DNA from: a virus
Taxonomy: Duplodnaviria > Caudoviricetes
Direction: 5' to 3' (one strand)
Length of the DNA stretch: 43,034 nucleotides
Virus record (IMG/VR): IMGVR_UViG_3300034025_000032
Span: 1 to 43,034 of that record
Shown here: positions 36,608 to 43,034 of the stretch, piece by piece
How positions within the stretch are numbered: the first letter of the stretch is position 1
How the letters are laid out: the number at the start of each line of letters is the position of its first letter
Translations under genes and position numbers: made by a program
The notes under the pieces: model-generated
What the model was told of the DNA's origin: nothing
What the model saw: only the letters and a program-made list of their open reading frames with translations
Databases searched by the model: none

Positions 36608-37032
36608 TTCGACGCCCCTTCGTTCTGCCAAACGTGCTCTGCAATGCGGCCGGCATCCTCTACGATCTCGGTTATCTGCTCGGCATCCGCGCGGCGCGAG
36701 AATCGCAGCGCCTGACTATGATCCGGGGTCCATGCCAACATCCCGCCATACACATGCAGGTAGTACGGAGCGGATGCCGGGCCACGTTCAACACACCAGC
36801 CGCTCTGCGCCTGCTGTTGCGCGGCTGGGACGGCAGCGAGGTGCGCACGTAGCAAGCGCTCCAAACAAGTGACTTCGATGTGCGCAATGCAGGGGCCGTT
36901 TGTGTGCATGCTTTTCGGGTTCTTAGCGTCATGAATGGCGCGCTCGATCTTGTCGATGATGAACCCGGCTACAGGCGGTATCCCGCTCTGGATGGGCGCC
37001 TGCTCTTGGGGTGCTTTATTCTCGGTATTCAT
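36604..37032 (-). CDS. Hypothetical early protein
   Basis: ATGA-coupled; C-terminal WTPDHSQALRFSRRADAE motif. Confidence 0.7.
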   Translation of the reverse strand: MNTENKAPQEQAPIQSGIPPVAGFIIDKIERAIHDAKNPKSMHTNGPCIAHIEVTCLERLLRAHLAAVPAAQQQAQSGWCVERGPASAPYYLHVYGGMLAWTPDHSQALRFSRRADAEQITEIVEDAGRIAEHVWQNEGASK

Positions 37033-37262
37033 GCTGTCTGTTCTCCCTGTTTTATATGCTGGCATCCTGCGCAGCGCGGGTCATTCTGTTGTGCGTCGTA
37101 GCGGCAATCGGTTGACATCACGTGGTGGATATCGACCATGACTGGCGCGCGGTGCGGGCGGCCCTGGCCATCGCGAAAGGTGCCACCCCATCCGGCCTGG
37201 GCCTGGTGCGTCACGGCGCCGGCCAAGGGGCGGGGCTCGTTATTGCATGCGTAGGCTTTCAC
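37029..37262 (-). CDS. Small Cys-containing hypothetical protein
   Basis: GTGA-coupled; MSTDCRY..DPRCAGC. Confidence 0.65.
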   Translation of the reverse strand: MKAYACNNEPRPLAGAVTHQAQAGWGGTFRDGQGRPHRAPVMVDIHHVMSTDCRYDAQQNDPRCAGCQHIKQGEQTA

Positions 37263-37546
37263 TTGCTCTCCTGGTCGATCCGCAGCTGGCGCGGGTCGGT
37301 TTCAATTTCGTAGTAGACGAACGTGCGGCCGGTCTTCACGTCGCGCTCTTCGCAATCTGGCGCGCCGGCGAGCCGGGCCGCGGCGCCGGCCGCCATGCAG
37401 ACCTTCGCGCGCTGGCCCTTGAACACGCATCCGGAGCACTCATCAACGCCGGTAGCGGGGCGGGCGCGGTACTGCATCGCGGCCGGATCCAGGGGAGGGG
37501 CGATGTTGTCCACCCAGCGCGCCACGTCAATGCACGGTACTTTCAT
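37259..37546 (-). CDS. Small Cys-containing hypothetical protein
   Basis: ATGA-coupled; CSGCVF..C..PDC. Confidence 0.65.
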   Translation of the reverse strand: MKVPCIDVARWVDNIAPPLDPAAMQYRARPATGVDECSGCVFKGQRAKVCMAAGAAARLAGAPDCEERDVKTGRTFVYYEIETDPRQLRIDQESK

Positions 37547-37956
37547 ACGCCTGCCCATCCAAAGCTGCGGCGCTTGAACACCACCTCGTTCTGCGCACCC
37601 CATGCCTCCACGTACTCAATAAGGCTGGCCATGCGCTGGATCGACATCTCGGCCGACGACTCGCGCAGGTTGACGAACTCGCCGCTCAGTCCCTGGACCA
37701 TGTCGGATTCTTCGCCTGTCTCGATCGCATGCGCGCTGATGAAAAGGATCTTCCACTGGCCACCCTTGAGAGTGCGGCCGGCGAATTGCTTCTGGCGCGC
37801 CACGTCGCCGCACATGGCATGGAACTTGGCGTTTTGGACCAGCAGCCGGTCCGGCGGGCCTACACGCACCTGGTCGCCCACCTGCAGCTTGGCGATCTGC
37901 TGCTGGACGTGTGGCACGTTGCTCGGCCCGACAACATAGAGGCGCTTCTCGGTCAT
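37543..37956 (-). CDS. ninB: NinB (Orf) family recombination mediator
   Basis: QNAKFHAMCGDVARQ..WK..F..GEFV..SSAEMS..MASLIEYVEAWGAQNEV. Confidence 0.9.
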   Translation of the reverse strand: MTEKRLYVVGPSNVPHVQQQIAKLQVGDQVRVGPPDRLLVQNAKFHAMCGDVARQKQFAGRTLKGGQWKILFISAHAIETGEESDMVQGLSGEFVNLRESSAEMSIQRMASLIEYVEAWGAQNEVVFKRRSFGWAGV

Positions 37957-37957
37957 C

Positions 37958-39181
37958 TCAGGCCTCGCGTGCCGCTGCGAAGTCAATGGCGGCCAGCCGC
38001 TCGATCGCCGCCTTGCGGTCCAGGTCGAAGACCTCGGCCACGGTTCGGATAATCTCCTCGTCGCTGAGTGGTTCGATGTCCATCAGTGGCCCGGCGGCGT
38101 CTGCAAGGTCGACCAGCTGCGCTACATCGGCCGCTGGTGCCGGCCGTGCCGCTTCTTCTGCGCGGGCCGCGTCGAATGCCGCATTCATTTCCAGTGCCAC
38201 AGGGTGATCGGCCTCGCGCTTCGCGGCGTCCGCCTGTGCCTTGTGGTCAGCAGCCACGCGCGCCTCATGAGCAGCCTGCTGCGCGGCCATGGCGCGGCGC
38301 TCTTCCTCGAGCTGTGCACGCTGCTCGTCCAGGTCGGCCTGCGCCTGCGCTGCCGCGCGCGCTGCTGCATCACGCTCCGATTTGGCTTGGGCGTCGATCG
38401 CATCCTGCTGGGCCTTGGCCGCGGCCTGCTGCGCAGCTTCCTGCTCGGCCAGGCGCTTGCGGCCCTCGGCCAGCTCTGCGGCCACGCGCGCTGTCTCGGC
38501 CTGCATCTCCGCCAGCTGCTTGCGCTCGGCCGCCACGCGCTCGATTTCCGCCAGGCGCGCCGCTTCAGCTTCTGCCGCTTTCTGTTCCTGCTGCTGGCGT
38601 GCTGTGAGTAGATCGCGCAGCGCCATCAGTGAAAGCTCCACGGCATTCTTCGCACGGTCGGCCAGTTCCTCGAAAGCGGCATCCGGCTGCCATCCGTCGT
38701 ATTCGCTGATCACTTCCGCCAGCTCGGCCGCGGTGGCGCCGGCATACTTGACGGGCAGATGGGCCAGCGTCTGAATCCGAGCCTGGATGGCTTCGACGCG
38801 CTGACGTTCGGCGAGGATCAGGGCATCCTTGCGTGCCTGCTCGACTTCGTCCCACTTGTCCCGGAGGCTGATGAGACGATCTTCCTCTGGCTCAATCACT
38901 GCGATCAGCTCCTTTTCCAGGGCGATGACAGCTTTCCCGAAGGCCACGGCATCCTCACGCGCCGCTTTGCCTGTGGCCACAATGCTGGTGCGAGTCGTGC
39001 GCAGCACCATTGCGGCTCGATGGGCCTGCTCGCGACCGTCTGGGTCGATCACGGCCACGATCCCCGCCGACTGGGAGGCCAGCTCTCGCAGCTTGGCCAT
39101 GTTGGCAGACTCGCCCAGCGCCTTGATGGCGCGCTGTGGAAGGGTGAGGGCGGTGCTTGGCTTGTCGAGAACTTCAGTCAT
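37958..39181 (-). CDS. Ala/Glu-rich coiled-coil protein
   Basis: 407 aa helical; lies downstream of exonuclease/RecT. Confidence 0.8.
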   Translation of the reverse strand: MTEVLDKPSTALTLPQRAIKALGESANMAKLRELASQSAGIVAVIDPDGREQAHRAAMVLRTTRTSIVATGKAAREDAVAFGKAVIALEKELIAVIEPEEDRLISLRDKWDEVEQARKDALILAERQRVEAIQARIQTLAHLPVKYAGATAAELAEVISEYDGWQPDAAFEELADRAKNAVELSLMALRDLLTARQQQEQKAAEAEAARLAEIERVAAERKQLAEMQAETARVAAELAEGRKRLAEQEAAQQAAAKAQQDAIDAQAKSERDAAARAAAQAQADLDEQRAQLEEERRAMAAQQAAHEARVAADHKAQADAAKREADHPVALEMNAAFDAARAEEAARPAPAADVAQLVDLADAAGPLMDIEPLSDEEIIRTVAEVFDLDRKAAIERLAAIDFAAAREA

Positions 39182-39819
39182 ATTTTTCCTTGCTGGAGGA
39201 GCCGCAGCTCCGCTTCTGTGTTGGTGACCTGGTCGAGAAACTTTTCCAGGGCTTTCTGATATTCGTAAATCGGTAGGTCGTTTGCGTTGGATTCGACGTA
39301 GAACCGGTCGAGGCCGGGGCCCAGCCGATCATCGCCACTGCAAAAGATCGAATGCTTGGCGCTGCTCACCAGGTGCCCGTGCATGACCTGGGCCTTGTAC
39401 TCCGCCGGCAGCACCTTGGCGCGCAGGTAGTTCACGTGCGTCTTCGACTTGGGCATCTTGATTTCGACGAACGATTCAAAGTCGTTGATGTCGCCATCGA
39501 ATGACATGCCGATCATCAGCCTGTCGTGCCGGCAGAAACCCGTTTGCCTGATGCACACGCCGTAATCGATCTCGATAATTTCGCGGCCCCAGGGTTCCCT
39601 CTCGATCCCCCGCTTCATCTCCTTGCTGAGGAACGGCTCGGGCTCGATCACGGCAGTGTTGCGCTCAAGGGCCAGCTGCAGCAGGTAGTCCTGGTATCCG
39701 GCGGTCTTCGGACCCATGAGCACGATGGCCGCTTTGGAGCCCGTTACCCTGCCCGCGCGCGAGGCGAACCACGCATCGCTGCGCTGCTCACACTCGATGA
39801 TCGTGAAATCGCGAGTCAC
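39178..39819 (-). CDS. YqaJ/lambda-exonuclease family protein
   Basis: EQRSDAWF..RAGRVTGS, MKRGIEREP, GMSFDG, VEIKMP and YKAQV motifs. Confidence 0.9.
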   Translation of the reverse strand: MTRDFTIIECEQRSDAWFASRAGRVTGSKAAIVLMGPKTAGYQDYLLQLALERNTAVIEPEPFLSKEMKRGIEREPWGREIIEIDYGVCIRQTGFCRHDRLMIGMSFDGDINDFESFVEIKMPKSKTHVNYLRAKVLPAEYKAQVMHGHLVSSAKHSIFCSGDDRLGPGLDRFYVESNANDLPIYEYQKALEKFLDQVTNTEAELRLLQQGKI

Positions 39820-40781
39820 GTCGGCGCCTTATCCAGGCCGGCGAGGAATTCATCGTCCGTCTGCGCCGGCGCGACGCCGGCTGGTGGCTGGTCGATAGTG
39901 CGATCAGCGTCGGCTTGCCGTGCGCGGGCCTTACGCTCGTCATGGCGAGGATGGAGGATTTGACGCTGGTCACGGGTCGTTCCGCCACCCTTCGAGATGT
40001 CATCCCAGAACTTGTTGTAGGCGGCGACACCTTGCGATACCGCCTTGTCCGCTGCCTCGGCAAGAGCACTTGGCTCAGCTGGGGTAACGACCTCCGCCGC
40101 GCCCATATGCTGCGTCTTCTGCTCGCGCTGCACATCCTGCTCAAACTCGTCCGGGGTGTAGACTCCCAGGATCACGCCAGGGGCATGCAGGCGCGCCCAC
40201 TTCTTCACTGCCAGATACGCCATCTGCTGCTTTGGGTCGTCCGCCCACAGGGTCGAGTTGCGCACGCGCGCCTGGGCCAGCAGGACCTCGAGCACCTTAA
40301 CCTTGCCAGTGGCGCGGATCGTCGCGCTGATGCGCACACCGCAGCCATCTTCGTCGGCCATGCTCCAGCCCGGCTGCCGGTATTCCTTTCCGTCGGCGTT
40401 CTTTTTGATTTGGAACTTGCCGATTACTTTTTCCCACGGGCCGAAGTATTCGTAGTCGAAGTCGTCCTTCGTGACTACACCGGACGCCGAGATGACCGCG
40501 TTCACCAGCTGCGCCTCGTAGCCCAGAGTGCCATTGACCAGGTGCGTCTTCTGCGCCACCGCGAATGGGTTGAGGCCCCATTGCATTGACTGCATCACGA
40601 CGGCCATGCAGTCGCCCGGGCTGTTGCGGAAGTGGGCGGGCAAGGTGCTCTTACCCGATGCCATAAGGTCTGCCAGACGCATCATGCTGGTCATGCTCGC
40701 TGGGTCCATCATCAGCTGCGCTGCGCTGGCGCCATTGGCCAGAGCGTTCGCGTCAGCAGGTGAGGTAGTCAATTCATTCAT
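39816..40781 (-). CDS. recT: RecT-family single-strand annealing protein
   Basis: GDCMAVVMQSMQWGLNPFAVAQKTHLVNGTLGYEAQLV and WADDPKQQMAYLAVKKWARL motifs; start at 40781 or 40808. Confidence 0.9.
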   Translation of the reverse strand: MNELTTSPADANALANGASAAQLMMDPASMTSMMRLADLMASGKSTLPAHFRNSPGDCMAVVMQSMQWGLNPFAVAQKTHLVNGTLGYEAQLVNAVISASGVVTKDDFDYEYFGPWEKVIGKFQIKKNADGKEYRQPGWSMADEDGCGVRISATIRATGKVKVLEVLLAQARVRNSTLWADDPKQQMAYLAVKKWARLHAPGVILGVYTPDEFEQDVQREQKTQHMGAAEVVTPAEPSALAEAADKAVSQGVAAYNKFWDDISKGGGTTRDQRQILHPRHDERKARARQADADRTIDQPPAGVAPAQTDDEFLAGLDKAPT

Positions 40782-40792
40782 AGGACGGTCTT

Positions 40793-40885
40793 TCAAAGGT
40801 TGCGCCATTTGATGGCAAGGTAGAGGGCGCGCTGGCGCGGATAGCCACGCTCGCGCCAGCAGCGGTAGTGTTTAAAAACTTTCAT
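40793..40885 (-). CDS. 30-aa basic peptide
   Basis: ATGA-coupled; MKVFKHYRCWRERGY.. Confidence 0.45.
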   Translation of the reverse strand: MKVFKHYRCWRERGYPRQRALYLAIKWRNL

Positions 40886-41076
40886 CTGGACGCCTGCACG
40901 GCCACGCACATCTGCGGCGCCCGGGCGCAGGCAACGGCTTTTTGCTGCAGCGCCGCCTCGTCGATAGCGCGCTGGCTCGCCGTGAGCAACAAGCCACTCA
41001 CGATGGTCACCACGATGATCACGAGCAGGCACGCGGCCGCGATCTTCCCGATCAAGTCGTTGGGGTCACGCTTCAT
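40882..41076 (-). CDS. Small single-TM protein
   Basis: Hydrophobic stretch IAAACLLVIIVVTIVSGLLL; ATGA-coupled. Confidence 0.65.
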   Translation of the reverse strand: MKRDPNDLIGKIAAACLLVIIVVTIVSGLLLTASQRAIDEAALQQKAVACARAPQMCVAVQASR

Positions 41077-41294
41077 GCCAAACCCCGCTCAATTGCAATG
41101 CGGCGCGCGGCCAGCTGCACCTGGTGCCGGTGCTCAATAGCTTCCAGCTCGGCCAGGTCCATCCGAAAGCTCGCCAAGCGCTGAATCTCGTGCTGAGAGG
41201 CTGCGATCTGGTGTTTCAGGTAGCGCAGGCGCAGCGGCCGGATCGCGCGCTTCAATGGGCGCATCACGGCGCGGAGAAGGCGGCGGGCTTTCAT
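41073..41294 (-). CDS. Small basic helical protein
   Basis: ATGA-coupled; MKARRLLRAV.. Confidence 0.6.
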   Translation of the reverse strand: MKARRLLRAVMRPLKRAIRPLRLRYLKHQIAASQHEIQRLASFRMDLAELEAIEHRHQVQLAARRIAIERGLA

Positions 41295-41488
41295 AACCGC
41301 ACCTGGCGCCGGGCCAGCTCGTCGTGATAAATGCTGCTGCTGTCGCCGAAGCCTTGCGCCCACTCGATTGCATCGACCAGGTCTTCCATGCTCATGGCGC
41401 GAGCATCGGCGCGAGCCACATCGACCTGCTGGCCCAGCAGCTTGATCGCCACGCTGCTGAGAATCACAAAAAATAGAACCCATTCCAT
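41291..41488 (-). CDS. Small protein with a hydrophobic N-terminus
   Basis: Strong SD GAGGAGG; 65 aa. Confidence 0.65.
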   Translation of the reverse strand: MEWVLFFVILSSVAIKLLGQQVDVARADARAMSMEDLVDAIEWAQGFGDSSSIYHDELARRQVRL

Positions 41489-41726
41489 ACCGCCTCCTCT
41501 TGTTGTTGTGCTGCCGCGTGTGACCCAAAGCGATTAGCCCGCTTCCCCCAGATTTACCGGTGAGTTGGAATGACCTGACGGGCTAATCGTTTTGAACACC
41601 GGTTACGCCGGTGAGGCGGGGCATTTGAGTTCCTCCCTCCCTCGATTTCCTGGCCCGAGATGCAGGGCAAGCGCGACTTGTGGTGGAGGGCCGCGCGCAC
41701 TCCCAAGCGCCAGTGGGCGCCTGCCG

Positions 41727-42191
41727 TCAATCCGTATATGCGATGAACTTGAACCGGCCCGGCTTTCCGTTTTCCGGGTGGTGGTGGTACGCGAATCTTC
41801 CGCCGAAGGTGCCGTTGATCGCCTTCATCAGTTCGCCAGGTTGCAAACCATCGGGATAGACCCCTTCCTTGATCATGCTGCAGGTGCTGTCGCAAGGAAC
41901 ATGAATCCAGTCGATCTTCGTGCCGTCAAGGTCGGCCAGCGTGCGTGGCTTCCACATGGCGCGTTGAGCGGCCCATGCCGATTGCTGCTGTTCGGTAGGT
42001 GATGCCGGCTCGGGTGCCGGGTCGTCCCCTTCTTCCCAGTCGCACTCTGGGCAGAAGTTGCGCGGCTCTGTGCAGGCGCTGCACGGCGGGCTGATGTGGC
42101 AGGAGCAGCCTTCTGATGGGCGCGTTTCGATTACGCCGGCACAACCGTTCCGGCCACAAGACTCACCCTCACCAAAGTTGATGACGCTCAT
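41727..42191 (-). CDS. Cys-rich putative zinc-binding protein
   Basis: C-x4-C..CSCHISPPCSAC..CPEC motif. Confidence 0.75.
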   Translation of the reverse strand: MSVINFGEGESCGRNGCAGVIETRPSEGCSCHISPPCSACTEPRNFCPECDWEEGDDPAPEPASPTEQQQSAWAAQRAMWKPRTLADLDGTKIDWIHVPCDSTCSMIKEGVYPDGLQPGELMKAINGTFGGRFAYHHHPENGKPGRFKFIAYTD

Positions 42192-42607
42192 GCCTTGCTC
42201 CCGGCCTGCCCCGTGAGGTATGCGATCGCTGCCTTGCAGATGACGAAACGCAGAGCGGCTTCTTTGGTTGGATGGTGCTCAAAGCTGGCAGTGTTGCCCC
42301 AGCCGTCTGCAGCAGTTGCCGTAACACTGTCCACGCTCCACTCAATTCTCAAGGCACACAAAGCAACGAGTTCAAACGCGTCATGTGAGCGGCGCCATTG
42401 CGGCATCCAGACCATTGGGGCGGGTGCCATCGCTGGCCCGATTGAACTGGCAAAGCGGCTGCCCTTGGAACCCTTCAGGTACACGTTCGGAGAGTAGGTA
42501 ATCGGCCCGGCGCTCACCTTCCAGCCCAGAAGCGGTGCCAGGGTCAGTTCGTCCGCGATGGCGTCACGCAGGTAGGCGTCCACGTCCGCGCGGGCAAGGG
42601 CCGTCAT
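42188..42607 (-). CDS. Hypothetical protein (NinX/BC1872-like pattern)
   Basis: LAPLLGW..P.W....AFELV..ALRFVICKAAI; ATGA-coupled. Confidence 0.55.
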   Translation of the reverse strand: MTALARADVDAYLRDAIADELTLAPLLGWKVSAGPITYSPNVYLKGSKGSRFASSIGPAMAPAPMVWMPQWRRSHDAFELVALCALRIEWSVDSVTATAADGWGNTASFEHHPTKEAALRFVICKAAIAYLTGQAGSKA

Positions 42608-42816
42608 GCTGCCACCTCGGTGCCAGCAGTCCAGTACACAGTCGGGTTGATGACGTAAGGGCTCGCGTCGTACCGGTTGAGCGACTCGTGCGCGCAGATC
42701 AGGCCGTAAGCCTCGGCACCCCACGCATCCGTGTACTTAACGATCTTGCGTGGCTGGTCGTCTGCATACTTCCCGGCGATTACCTCGTCGGCGATTTTCT
42801 TGCTGATTGTGCCCAT
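42604..42816 (-). CDS. First gene of the early-left operon, hypothetical
   Basis: SD GGGAA before ATG 42816; the longer ORF runs through the promoter and is unlikely. Confidence 0.65.
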   Translation of the reverse strand: MGTISKKIADEVIAGKYADDQPRKIVKYTDAWGAEAYGLICAHESLNRYDASPYVINPTVYWTAGTEVAA

Positions 42817-42865
42817 AGCGTCGTTCCCCATCTGTGTGACCCTGCGTTTGCTGAGCCGATAAGGA

Positions 42866-42939
42866 AGTATAGAGCAACTATACACACGAAGTAAAGAAGA
42901 ACTATACAAATAATTTGAACTTGTATAGAATTGCTCTGT
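42866..42939 (-). promoter_or_regulatory. PL-like promoter with three 17-bp operators
   Basis: -35 TTTACT (42895-90), 18-bp spacer, -10 TATACT (42871-66); GTATAG-N5-CTATAC at 42867, variants at 42891 and 42923. Confidence 0.8.
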
Positions 42940-43034
42940 CGCGGGAATGTTTAGCGGCTGCAGGTCTGGAGCAGTGAGGGGAAACCGCCGACGTCCAGAC
43001 TCAAGAGCCAAGGAAGCCAGCAGGGCAAAGCGAG

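Noticed and set aside
42817-43011. 5' extension of ORF 42604-43011
   Set aside because: It runs through the PL promoter and operators; the SD-supported start is 42816.

Overview
About 43 kb of a temperate, HK97-like long-tailed (siphovirus-type) phage of a GC-rich bacterium. A betaproteobacterial host is my inference from the tRNA-Ser att core and the LexA-type box. The + strand carries the late operon: terminases, portal, protease, capsid, a ~7 kb accessory structural cassette, neck and tail genes with a -1 frameshift chaperone, a P22 immI-like Arc/Mnt-antirepressor-HNH insert, tape measure, tail tip and fibre, and lysis genes. An apparently intact attP (3' end of a tRNA-Ser flanked by arm-type repeats) lies next to int/xis. 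The - strand carries the early-left operon (NinB, YqaJ exonuclease, RecT, many small ORFs), ending at a PL-like promoter with operators. Repressor and replication genes are not in the window. The most notable items are: (1) the cassette between capsid and neck, which combines a large lyase-like protein, an SGNH acetylesterase, and bead/string/adaptor-like fibre proteins; (2) a pseudoknot-capable RNA next to the tail-chaperone RBS; (3) a sar-like antisense RNA over the antirepressor RBS; (4) divergent leaderless genes, one with a LexA box; (5) early genes built from modules bounded by short direct repeats. All family assignments come from motif recognition by eye; no searches were run.
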